Positions 41,257 through 53,876 of a DNA stretch of 64,000 nt are shown here, in pieces. The notes below the pieces were generated by a model, which searched no databases, had not been told where the DNA came from, and worked only from the letters and a program-made list of their open reading frames with translations. Made by a program: the position numbers and the translations under genes. Position 1 is the stretch's first letter, and every line of letters begins with the position of its first letter. The stretch is from Vicugna vicugna (lineage: Eukaryota), in assembly GCA_013265495.1 (NCBI GenBank), contig MU058289.1, positions 496,001 to 560,000 on the forward strand. The letters are read 5' to 3'.

Positions 41257-42630
41257 CAGGTCAAGGCTTTTAAGAAGCAAGTGGGGGTTCTCACTCTTTC
41301 ATCTTCTGCCCAGACTCAAAGTACTCTGAGCCCTTAGGATATGGTGGAATCACCAAATAAAAGGATCCTAGATCTCTGGCTTAAAATGTGGGCCACCAGA
41401 AGTGCCCACATTGGGAGGTTCTGTGAGTGAGAAATAAATTTCTATATTGTGAGCTACTAAATTGTGCGGTTTATTTGTTAAAGCCACTAGCATAAACCTA
41501 AACAATACACCTTCCAGACCTCATTCACCATTGGCCCAGTGCTTCTCAAACCATTTGTGGTTGTGGAGTAGGACTTGTTTTTGATCTCTCCAATCTGTCA
41601 TGGACTGATCCTTTTGGTATATAATCTGTTCAATAAGACAAGTCTATTGATCATGTCATGGCAAAGTCAAATTGCTGTAAGTTTCGAAGAACCTACTGGC
41701 AATTTCTGCACTTGTCTTATTGTAGGCCATTAACACTTGGTGGACCAGAATTGGCACTGCTTTAGCTTATTACCCTGGAAATACCCTGGGTATGGAAAAA
41801 TATCCTTTATTTTTAACCATAGCATTTACCATTCCCTGTCATTATCTTGTTTATTTAGAGGTCTGTTTAAGATTTCCTTTCCACTAGTATGTAATCTCCA
41901 TCCAAAAGGGGTCTTATTTTCCTTCCTCTTTTGGTTCCTAGTTCTTAATACAGTGCCCCCTACATCATAGGTATTCAGAAAGTATTTGATGAATAATGAT
42001 AAATTACGAGCTTTGGTGGGTGATGGGGGAGAGGAGGCAATGCATATACCTGTATAGAAACTCTATAATCAGAGACTTGAATTTTAGCCATTTCACTGAC
42101 AGCTGCTTGACTCCCTGGTTTTCTGATAGACTACAAGTACCTCAGATTAGGTTTGGCCTCCTACAGCTCCTCTCTTTAGGTTTCCCTCTTTAGAGATTAT
42201 GTCACTATGGACCATCTCCATTTATAAGATTCTGAGAGTGTAGAGTTGGATCTCAGATGGCAACTGCTATGTCTCCAGAGTAGAGCAGCAGAGTCAAGGC
42301 CCTTGGCCGACATAAATAGATTTATGGCATGAATGCATGGATGTGGGCATAGAGGGAGGCTGCCCTGAGGGAAGAGTACCCCCACCCCAATCTCCCATGG
42401 CCCAATCTTGGTGGGGTCCAGAGTTGGTCTTGAGCTCTGGTCCAGTGGGCTGCCTGAGCTGCCACTTCCTTCCCCCGTCAACCACCTCAAGGTGCTGGCT
42501 CAGGCTGGAGGCCCTTGGCACACCAGACATTGAGGAGCAGGTGTCTCATTTGGCCCAAATGGTTATTTAGAACCAAGGTAAATAACACTGCTGTATATTT
42601 TGGTGGTTTTTTCATGAGCTAGAGAGGAAG

Positions 42631-44893
42631 TTACCGCTTAAGTAAGATTGTTAGGAATACACCCAAGACAAGGAGTATGGTGACGCATCCCGAAACAATT
42701 GCTGAGACAGCGAGTATGAAGGCTTGATGGGAGGTCTTGACTGCCTTGGCACGTTCATTCCTATGGTTGTGGCGCCTGGTCTACATTTGGGAGGAGAGGC
42801 AGAACTGGAATAGATGGGCTTAAAAGGGTTACTGGAGGGAGCGAAGGCACTATAAGGACCTAGGGTGGGATCTGAACGAACAGGAGGGTGAACATGGATA
42901 CAGCTGGTTCAGGGTCAGGGCCAGGATGGGTGGGGAGGGGGAGGGGGAGGGTTGACAAAAGTATATTCCCACCTCGGAAGAACAGAACAAGGCTGCACTG
43001 CCTAAGGGACAACACAGGAGACAGGCCAACATCGCCAGCAAGAGGTGGTCGCTGGGGGACTTGTCAGATGTAGTTTCAAACACCTGGGGAAGGGAGTGGG
43101 TTATAGCTGTAGATGGCTTCTGGACTCTACCATTCCCATAATCTCCTCCCTTTTACCCTACTTGGCTCCTATAACTTCTTCAATGAGACCCTTTAAAAGT
43201 CTCACTGACTCTCACTACTCCCCTCATGTTCCCTCGAACCTTACTAACCACTATAGTACCTCCCTGTCCCCTAGAACTCCCTCAATGCACACACACCCTG
43301 TCCCCATGCCCTGCAATCCCTCTCCATTCTCTGTAACCCTTTCCCTGTCTCCTATAACCACCTCCCTGTCTTCTATAACTGCCTTGATCTCTACAGCACA
43401 TCTAATTTGGCCCCTTCCAGTGTCCCCACACACCAAATTGTTCATTCCTATTGTTGTGGAGGCTTGTGTGAGTTTAGGGGGACAGGCAGAACAGGAATAG
43501 ATGAGCTTAAAAGGGTTATGTGAGTGGAGGGAGTAGCTATGGGAGTGTAAGGACCTAGGGAGAGGGCCTGAGTCTGCAGGAACGAGGACAAGGAAGAAGG
43601 TGGTTCGGGGTCAGGGCCACTGTGAAGAGGGAGGGGAGGTCCAGGATTCGAGAGATGCAGATTCCCACCTTGGAAGGGTAGTATATGGCTGCCCCGCCTA
43701 AAGGACAACACAAGAAGCAGGCCACATCTGGCATCATGGTGTCCTCGCTGGGTGACTCCTCAGACATGTTTTCAAACACCTGGAGGAGGGAGTAGGTTAT
43801 GACTTAGTATGGCTTCTGGGCTCTGACAGCCTTTCTGACCTCCTCCCTTTTTCATGCCAACACATCTCTCCTTGGCTTCTATAAATTCTTCATTGACCTC
43901 CTTGCAAACTCTCAGTGACTCCCTCTAACATCTCCCATGTCCCCTCTAACATCTCCCTATCTCCTTTAATACCCCCCTGCCCCTAGGAACCCCCCACCTC
44001 ACTCCCATGCCCTATAATCCGTCTGTGTTCTCTGGAGCCCTTTCCCTGTCTCCTGTAATCTCCTCCTTGTCTTCTGTAACTGGTCCTTACAGCATGTCTT
44101 CCTTGGCCTCTTTCACTGTCCCCACAAAAATCCCTTACTGACTCTGATGACTCTCATTTGGCCTCCGTGGACCTCAACTGACCCACTGTCACACTTTGTT
44201 CCCATTAACACCCTCATTGTCCCCCAAGCAACCTTTTCTTTGCCCCTATAAACCACTCTGCTAAGAAAATCCGGACTCAACAGTCACTTTTCATCTGTCA
44301 AACCTTCATGTCCCCTTAAAAACCGTCATTCTATAAAACGTCTAATGTCTTTAATAGCTCTCTGTTTGTCCCATTTATAATATCATTCACTTTGTCCCTG
44401 TGAATCTGTCATGGTCCTGTTATGACTCTAACTGTTCACCCATAAACTCCTCCCTTCTCCCGCTCCCCTCATAACCTATCACGTGGCTCCTCTGAGACCT
44501 CCTCTGAGCAACTGGAAACTCCGAGTCTTCTCCATATTAATTCCTCGCCTCTTCTCTGTCCCCTTATAAAGGCCTGCCCTGTCTCCCACTAACACCGTCT
44601 CTACCTCTAAAACCAGCTTGGTGATCCTCTGAACTCCTGCTCCCTTGACTAATTACAGCCTCCCTGTTCTCCTAAACCAGTGTTCCCTGAATACTTCTCT
44701 ACGTACGAAACTCTCTCTGTCCCCTTATGAAACATTCTTTGGCCCCTATTCCCCCTAAACCCTCTAACTCTCTTCCTATCACTCCACAAATTCTCTCCCT
44801 GCCCCTTCAAACACCCAATTAGGGCATCTGGATCTGGTACTACCAAGGCTACATAGATCCTCTCTCTCACTCCAACATACTAGGGATTACCAT
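42631..44893 (-). CDS. CD225/dispanin PMIS2-like copy 2 (87 aa; 124 aa if the extra exon 2a is included)
   Basis: Exons 44891-44893 (ATG|gtaatc), 42973-43083 and 42631-42780 give M-VFETTSDKSPSDHLLLAMLACLLCCPLGSAALFCSSE-TRRHNHRNERAKAVKTSHQAFILAVSAIVSGCVTILLVLGVFLTILLKR*. All splice sites are canonical. Confidence 0.83.
43669..43779 (-). other. Duplicated exon 2 (2a) inside copy 2, open and with intact splice sites
   Basis: cag|GTG...AAG|gtggga, 111 nt, VFENMSEESPSEDTMMPDVACFLCCPLGGAAIYYPSK. It is followed by a truncated exon-3 remnant near 43432-43467 whose acceptor reads CAC instead of CAG. Confidence 0.75.
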
Positions 44894-45065
44894 GGAGACC
44901 AGGTAGGCCCCGCCTCCTAGCCTGTCTTTCTACTTCTATTGGCTGATTGGAGATTGTGTGTGATGGGGTGGCGGAAGCCAAACACTCACCTGACTGTGAT
45001 GGGTCTGAAGGAGTTCAGGTTCTTCCTACCGTCTCTAGGGATTGATCAGTTCCGGAAGTGCCTTG
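44894..45065 (-). promoter_or_regulatory. Putative proximal promoter of copy 2 (paralogous versions at 31565-31730, 49708-49875, 55447-55615 and 61807-61975)
   Basis: Sense strand carries a GC box (GAGGCGGGGCC) just upstream of the ATG and a double CCAAT (ccaatcagccaat) about 45-55 nt upstream. Copy 2 also has an ETS-like ttccggaagt, and copies 3-5 have a CACGTG E-box. Confidence 0.6.
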
Positions 45066-48000
45066 CAGGGGTTGGGGGGAAGCATAGTTTGGGGCAGGAG
45101 TGATGTGAGCCGAGGAGTCTTGAGTTGCTTCAGGTACCTTTAGAGGGGTCATTTAACAAATCAGAGTCAGGTTCTTCAGCAGCGGAGGGTGATCTTTGCA
45201 AAAATTGATATCTATTTATGTCCCCTTTGATGAAGTGTCCATTCTAGTCTTTCTACCATGGATGAAAAATTGGGTTGTTTTTATTACAGTTAAGTCTAAG
45301 GTTATTTATTTATTTTGGATACAAGTCTTTTCTCAGATATGTGATTTACAAATATTTTCAGTGGGTCTGTAGCTTATGGGCCCTCAACAAGGACAGGGAG
45401 GTGGGTGGGAGGCACTGGAGATCCTTTAGTCTGCTGGTCCTGTCCCAGTCCACGATCACCACCTCATTGGAACTATCAAGAAGAAAGTGATGGAAATGCA
45501 GAGAGGGGAACAGGCCTCGAAGCAGAAGGACCAGTTACGTGAGAGCTGACCTGGGCTCAGATCAAGTCTCCCTGGAAGTAGGCTCTCCAGGTCTGTGGGG
45601 TTGGGTAGGGGTGACAGAAGCTGGGCCGCCATGGGTAGAGTGTGCTGGGCATTTGGAGAGAGGTGATTCACGCCAGGATTCCAGGGGGTGGAAAGAGACT
45701 GAAGTGGCAAAGGAGGCTAGGTAATCCTCAGCCAGGGGCTGCCCCTGCATTTTCAACCTCTGTGTGGCCTGGGGCTCCTTGTCTGCTGCTGGCTTCACTG
45801 CCACTGCTGGGCATCCTGTGGTTGGGCTCCGTCTCAGGGTCTGGGACAGTTCCCTGGCTCTGTCTGGGGGCATCATCCCAGAGGCCCCTCCCTCCAGTTA
45901 AGACTAGTTCTGTCCAATGGATTGAAAGCAAAAATGATATATGTTACATTAAGGCCAAAGCTTTATTTTAAAAATTTCCTGTTTTATTATTTGACAAATA
46001 TAATTGTATATATTTAAAATATACAATAGGGTGATTTGTTATGTGGATCTATAGTGAAATTGTTATCATAATTAATAATAATTATTACCATAATTAAGTT
46101 AATTAGCACATCCATCACCTCAAGATACCTCTTTATTTTTTTTTAAAGGAGTGAATGCTGAAGATTTCTCTCTTAGCAGATTTTAAGTACACAGTGCAGT
46201 ATTGTTAACCACTGTTATGTTATGTATTAGACCCTCACACCTTATTCACCTTATAACTGAAATTTTCTACTTTTTTTTTAACAGCTTATCTCTTTCCCAC
46301 CACCTTCCAGCTCCTAGAAACCACTCACTATTCTGCTTGTTTCTATGAGTACATTTTTTTGGATTCCACATATAAGTGATAACACACAGTATTTATCTTT
46401 TTCTGTTTGACTTATTTCACTTACAATAATACTCTCAAGGTCCATCCATGTTGTTATGAATTTCATATTTCTCATGGTTTAATAATATTCCTTCATGTGT
46501 AGATATCAAATCTTCATTATCAATTCATTTATTATTGGACACTTGGGTTGCTTCCATATCTTGGCAATTGTGAAAAATAATGCAATGATCATGGAAATGC
46601 AGATATCTCTTTGAGACGGTGATTTTATTTCTTTTACATATATACCCCAAAGTGGGATTGCTTCATCATGTGGTGGGCAATCAAAATTAATTTGTCAGTT
46701 ATATTTTTGAGGAACTTCCATCCTGTTTTCCCTATTAGCTATCCAAGCTTACATTCCATCAATAGTGTATGAGTGTTTACTTGCAGGCCAAAGATTTTAA
46801 AAAGCTGTTGGGAGTTATCACTTTTCTTACACCTAGATTCAAAGGACTCTGAGCCCTTCAGAGGTGGTGGAGTCACCAAGGGGAAGGAGACTGGCTCCCT
46901 GAATTATATGTGGGCTACTAGATATGCCCACATTGGGAGGTTCTGTGAGTGTGAAATAAACTTCTATGTTGTGAGCTACTGATTTGGTGGGGTTTATTTG
47001 TTATAGCTGCTAGCATGACCCTAAACTATCTACCCTCTAGACCTCTTACCCACTAGCCCAGTGTATTACAAACTATTTGTGTTTGTGGAGTAGGACCTGT
47101 TTTTGATCTCTCCAATCTGTCCCAGACTGATCTTTGGTCTATACTCTGTTCAACAAGACAAATCTCCTGTCATATACTTAGATGTCATGACAATGTCAAA
47201 TTGCTGTAAGTTTCAAAGCACCTGGTGGCAATTTCTGCAATTATCTTGTTGAAAATCATTAACAGTTGATGGACCAGTACTGGCACTGTCTAGCTTATTA
47301 CCTTGTTTTATTTTTCTCCATAGCATTTTCCATTCCATGTAATTATCTTGTTTGTTTAGAGGTCTATTTATTTATGGTTTTCTTCCCACTAGAATGTAAC
47401 CTCCATCAGGAAGAGCTCGTTTATTTTTCTCTGTTGCTTTCCTAGTTCCTAGTACAGAGCCTGGTACCTAGCAGGTGCTCAGAAAGTAGTTGGTGAAAAA
47501 TGATTAAATCACAAGCAGTGGTAGTGGTGGGGAGAAGAAGCAACCATAGCTGTTATAGAAACTCTCCATAATCATACTTGACCTGAATTCTAACCAGTTC
47601 ACTGACAGCTGTTTGACTCCCTGGTTTTCTGATAGACCTCAAGTACCCCAGGTTAGGTCTGGCCTCTTATAACCCACCTCCCTAGGTTTCCCCCGTTAGA
47701 GATTGGACCACTCTATTGTCACTGTCTGGTGACATGTCTTTCACCCTGATTTATAAGTTCAGAGTGGGTAGGGGTAGTACTTAAGTGGTGACTGCTGTGT
47801 CCCTAGAGCCAGCCAGCACAGTCAGGGCCCTTGGTTGGCATAAATAAATCAATGGCATGAATGCATGCATGTGGGCAGAGGGGAGGCTGCCCTGGGGGAA
47901 GAGTGCCCTACCCTGTCTCCCGTGGTCTAAATCTCTATGGGGTCACAAGGTTGGCCTTGAGCTCTGGTCCAGTGTGATACCTGAGCTACCACTTCCTTCT

Positions 48001-48138
48001 CCCATCAACCACCTCAGGTGCTGCCTCAGGTTAGCAACACTTGATATACCAGACATTTGGCCCAAATGGATACTTAGAGCCAAGGTAATAAACACCGTTG
48101 TATATTTTGGCGGTTCTCTTTATGAGCTGGAGATGAGG

Positions 48139-49707
48139 TTACCGAGCAAAAGTGGCTATTATGAGTACAAGCCAGCTGTTGAGTGCAACAATGCATGCCA
48201 CAATAATTCCAGCGAGTGCAAAACTGTAGACTTTCTGGGAGGTCTCCATTGCCTTGGCTCGTTCATTCCTACGGTTGTAGCGCCTGGTCTGCATTTGAGA
48301 GGAGAGTCAGAACGGGAATAGATGGGCTTAAAAGGGCTATTAGAGGGGGGCGAAGGCACTGTAAGGACTCAGGGTGGGATCTGAATCAACAGGAGGGAGA
48401 ATATGGATACAGCTGGTTCAGGGTCAGGGTCAGGATGGAGAGGGAGGGGAGGGCGAAGATTGACAAATGTATGTTCCCACCTCGGAAGAATAGTACAAGG
48501 CTGCGCTGCCCAAGGGGCAACACAGGAAATAGGCCAAGAGCGCCAGCAAGAGGTGGTCGCTGGGGGGCTTGTCAGATATACTTTCGGATTCCTAGGGGGA
48601 TGGAGTTGGTTACGGTTCACTATGGCTTCTGGACTCTACCATTCCCATAACCTCCTCCCTTAACTGTCCTGGACTCTTATAAAATCTTCACTAACACCCT
48701 TGAAAACTCTCATTGACTCCCTCTGACTCACACCATATTCCCTCTAACCTTGCTGTTCACTTTAATACCTCCCTGAACCCCATAACTCCCAGACCTTCTC
48801 TTCTCCATGCCTCCAGCCCTTATAATCCCTCTCTGTTCCCTGCAACCCTTTCTGTGTCTTCTATAACTGCCCTGCTGGTCTCTACAGCAAGTCCCACTTG
48901 GCCCCTTCCACTGTTGGCACAAAATCGCTTACTGACTCTGATGACTCTCACTTGGCCTCTGCGGGCCTCACTGGAAACACTGTCATACTTCCTTCCTATT
49001 AACACCCTCATCGTCTTCCAAGTAATCATCTTTTTACTCCTGTAAACCACCCTACTAAGACCCTCACTCAACACTTCAACACTCTCACTTTTCATCTGTC
49101 AAACCTTCACTGTCCCCTTAAAAACTTTCATCCTATAAAACCTCCAATGTCTTTAATAGCTCTCTGCTTGCCTGATTTATAATACCATCACTTTGTCCCT
49201 ATCAATCTGTCATGGTCCTGTTATGACTCTAACTGTTCACCCATAAACTCCTCCCTTCTCCTCCTCCCCCCATAACTTTTACATGGCTCCTATAAGAACT
49301 TCTTTGAGCAACTAGAAACTCTAAGTCTTCTACATATCCACTCTGAACCTCTTCTCTGTCCCTTTATAAAGATCTGCCCTGTCTCCCACTAACACCTTTT
49401 CTTCCTCTGAACCAGCTTGCTGATCCTTTGAACTCCTGCTCCCTCCACTAATTACAACCTCCCTATTCTCTTAAACCTCTGTTCCCTGAATACTTCTCTA
49501 CTTAAAAACTCTCTCTGCCCCCTTTTGAAACGTTCCTTGCCCTCTCGTTTCCCTCACCCCCTCTAACTCTCTTCCTCGCACCTGTCACACCATAAATTCT
49601 ATCCCTGCCCCTCAATCCCTTAAGCACCTCCATTAGGGCATCTGGGTCTGGCACTACCAAGGCTACATGGATCCTCTTCCTCACTCCAACCTGCCAGGGA
49701 TTACCAT
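48139..49707 (-). CDS. CD225/dispanin PMIS2-like copy 3 (87 aa)
   Basis: Exons 49705-49707, 48481-48591 and 48139-48288 give M-ESESISDKPPSDHLLLALLAYFLCCPLGSAALYYSSE-TRRYNRRNERAKAMETSQKVYSFALAGIIVACIVALNSWLVLIIATFAR*. Canonical splice sites; start context gtcaccATG|G. Confidence 0.84.
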
Positions 49708-52667
49708 GGTGACCAGGCAGGCCCCGCCTCTTATTCCATCTTTCTACTTTTATTGGCTGATTAGAAGATGTATATGATTGGATACAGGAAGCTAGGACTC
49801 ACGTGGCTGCTGAGTGGTCTGAAGCAGTTCAGGCTCTTCCTACTCTCTCTGGTGACTGATGAATTCCGGGAGTGCCTTGGGAGGAAAGCACTTGGCGCAA
49901 GAGTGATGTGGGCCTAGGAACTTCGGGTTTCTTCAGGGACCTTGAGAGGGGTCATTTAACAACTTGAGTCAGGTTCTGCAGCAATGGAGGCTGATCTTTG
50001 TGGAAACTGACAGCCTTTCATGTGCTTTTGGACAGCTATGTATCCTCTTTGGTGAAGGGTGAGTTCCTTTCTTTCATCCAATTAAAAAATGGGTTGTTTT
50101 TATTACAGTTAAGTTTGAGGGTCATTTATCTGTTTTGGATGCCAGTCCTTTGTTAGATATGGGATTCAAAAATCTTTTCTCTGGGACTGTAGCTTCTCTT
50201 TCCATTTTCTAACAGTGTCCATTGCAGAGCAGAAGTCTTAAATTTTGACGGAGTCCAAATTATTATTTTTTCCTTTACGGAGGTGCTTTTGGTATCATGT
50301 CTGAGACTTTTGCTTAACCCGGGGTCAGGAAGATTTTCTCCTATGTTTTCACCTTTGAAAGTTTGATAGATTTATACTTTACATTTAGATCTACAGTCTA
50401 TCTTGAGTTTATATTTGTGTAAGATGTGAAGTTTTAGTTGAGACTAGTTATGTTTGCATATGGTGGTCCATGTAATCTAACACCATTAAAAGAAACTGTT
50501 CTTTCTTGATAAAGTGCCTTTGGACTCCTTTCTAAATACATTGGCCATATTTATGTGGGTGTCTATCTGCATTCCTTATCTGTTTTATTGACCTATGTGT
50601 TTATCTGCTTGCCAATATCACGCTGTCTTAATGATGTAACTTCGTAGTGATTCTTAAAATTGGGTAACATGAATACTCTAACTATAATCTTCTTTTTCAG
50701 AGTTTTTTTGACAGTGCTTGTGTAGATCTACAAATCTTTTGGTCGTTAATTCAGACTTGCATTAGAATTTCCAAGCAAATTAAATGGATGCTAAGCCTTA
50801 CAATTCTCAACTGTGGGAGAATTGCATTTATTTATTTCTTCTGTTTTTTTTCCATCAGTGGCCTAGTTATACACACAGCTCACACACATGATATGTTAGA
50901 TTTATATCCAACTGTTTGCTTGTTTGGGGGCTGTTGAAAATATTATTAAAAAAAACTTGGTTTCCAATTGTTTCTTGCTAGCTTATGGAAATTTAATAGA
51001 TTTTTGCATGTTGACACTGCAGCCTGCACCTTGCTGAACTCACGGTATCAATTCCAGGAGTTTAAATTTTATTTTAATATTGTAGTAGATTCCTTGGTAA
51101 TTTCCACATAGACGGTCATGTCATCTGCAAATAAGGGTAGTTTTTGTTTCTTCCTTTACTATCTGTGTGCCCTTTCCACCCTTCTCCCCCCTGCCGCCTT
51201 TCTGACTTAGCGAGCTGATTGGACTTCCAGTCTGCTGTGGAAGAGGAGTGGTGGGAGTGGACGTCCCTGTCTTGTTGCATATATTGTGGGAGAAAGCCTT
51301 CCCTCTTTCACCACCACATGTGGTGGTAGCTGTAGGTTATCTGTAGATGCCCTCTATCAGGATGAGGAAGTTCCCTATTAGTTGTAGTTTGCTGAGTGTT
51401 TATGCTGAATGGCTATTGACTTTTCTCAAGTGCCTTTTCTGCGTGAATTGATCCTGTGGTTTTCCTTCTTTAGATAATAATATAGTGGATTACACTGACT
51501 GATTTGTAATATAGGTCCAATTTTGCATTTTTGGGAGAAGCCTCAGTTGGTGGTGGTGTATACCATTTATATACATCTGGTTTTGGTTTTTCAGTCTTTC
51601 TTTCAGAATTCTTCTATCTATATTTATAAGAGATAATGGTTTATTTTAAACCTGATTACTTCTCTATCAAGACAGATAATTCCAGCTATAATCAGACACA
51701 TAGACACTGTCAGTGTGCCAGAGGGGAGAGAATGACTTTGTCTATCTCAGCTTTTTTGTTTGTTTTGTGTAATAAGGAGAAATCTTCTCTAACATAACAT
51801 CAAGTCATGGAATGCAGTTCCACAGACAGTACCAGAGGCCAGAAAACATCAGGCCAGCACAAGGCTTTGTGCTCAGTGTGGTAATTTGTGCTCAATTGTG
51901 GCTTTTTAAGGTTCCACATATAAGTGGTATCGCACAGTATTTGTCTTTCTCTGATTTACTTTACTCAGCATAATGCCCTCAAGTTCCATTCAAGTTGTTG
52001 CAAATGGCAGGATTCTTAGTTCTCGTTAATTTCTCAAAGTAATAATTTCTATTTGTGTATGTATATCTCTATCTCTATATCTATCTATCTATATACCCTC
52101 CTCTTCATTCATTCATCCACTGTCAGACACTTAGGTTGTTTCCACATCTTGCCTATTGTGAAAAATGCTTACAGCAGATGGGAGTGCTGATCCCTCTTTG
52201 AGACAGTGGTTTTATTTCTGTTCGATATATAGCCCAAACTGGGATTGCTGTACCCTATGGTAGTTCTGTTTTCACTCTTCTGAGGAACCGCCATCCTATT
52301 TTCCAAAGTGGCTGCCAAGTTTAATTTCCCACCAACAGTGTACAAGGGTTCCCTTGTAGACCCAGGATTTATAAAAAAGCAAGTGGGGTTTCTCAGTGTC
52401 TTCTACCTTGATTCAAAGGACTCTGAGCCTTTTTGAGATGGTGGAGTCACCAAGTGGAAAGAGTGGATCCTGAGTTATATGTGGGCCAGTAGAAATGCCC
52501 ACATTTGGAGGTTCTGTGAGGTGAAATAAACTTCTATGTTGTGAGCGACTGATTTGGTGGGGTTTGTTTGTTACAGCTGCTAGCATGAGCTTAACATACC
52601 TTCTAGACCTCTTGCCCATTAGCCTGGTGCATCTGAAGCTATTCGTGGTTGTGGAGTAAGACCTGTT

Positions 52668-52823
52668 TTTTTTTTTTTAATGTGTATTTCTTTTGTTGGA
52701 GGAGGGTAATTAAGTTTGTATGTTTGTTTGTTTGTGTGTTTATTTAAATGGAAGTACTGTGATTGAACCAAGGACCTCCTGCATGCTGAGAATGTGCTCC
52801 ACCACTGAGCTATACCCTCCCCC
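52668..52823 (-). mobile_element. tRNA-derived SINE shared with unit 5 (about 59041-59167)
   Basis: Antisense head ...ctgagctataccctccc at the same site in units 4 and 5; the site is empty in units 1-3. Confidence 0.8.
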
Positions 52824-53876
52824 AGAAGACCTCTTTTTGATATCTCCAGTCTGTCATGGACTGATCTTTTTGGTCTATACCCTATTCAACAAGTCAGGAC
52901 TCTTGCTGGATGCCACGACAATGTCAGACTGCTGTGTTTCTAAACACTTACTGGCAATTTCTGCACTTATCTTATTGCAGACCATTAACAGTTTGTGGAC
53001 CAGTACTGGCACTGCCTTAGCTTATTACCCTGTTTTATCTTCTCCGTAGCATTTTCCATTCCATGCAATTACCTTGTTTGTTTAGAGGTCTATTTGTTTA
53101 TGGCTTTCTTCCCACTAGAATGTAAGGTTCATCAGAAAGAAGTCTTATTGATACAGCTCTTGAGCTTTCCTAGTTCCCAGTGCACTGTCTGGTACATCAT
53201 AGGTGCTTGGAAAATATTCTTGAATAATGATTAACTCACAAACATTGGTGATGGGGTGGAGAGGAGGCATCCGTAGCTGTTATAGAAGCTCTCTGCAATC
53301 ATAACTTGACCAGAATTCTAACAGGTCTCTGATAGATGCTGGACTCCCTGGTTTTCTGACAGACCACAATTAACCCAGGTTAGGTCCTGCCTTTTGCAAG
53401 CATCTCCCTATGTTTCCCCATTAGAGGTAAAACCACTCTGGACTGTCAGTGTTTGGTGATCTGTCTATCTTCCATCCTGGTTTAAATGTTCTGAGGGGTG
53501 GAGTTGAATCTGAAGTTCTGACTGTTATGTCCCCAGAGTCAGGCAGCACAGTCAGGGCCCTTGGTCGACCTAAATAGATTTATGGCATGACTGCATGCAT
53601 GTGGGCAGGACGCCCTAGGGGAAGAGTGACCTCCCCTGTCTCCCATGTCCCAGTCTTGGTGGGGTCCAGAGTTGGTCTTGAGCTCTGGTCCAGTGGGGTG
53701 CCTGAGCTAAAACTTCCTTCGCCCATCAAGCATCTCAAGGTGCTGGCTCTGGCTGGCAACATCTTTTGCTCCCAACTGTGAAGCAATGGTGTCCCATTTG
53801 ACAAAATGGATACTTAGAGCCATGGTATGTAACACTTGTATATTTTTGGTGTTTTTCCCATGAGCTGGACAGGAGG

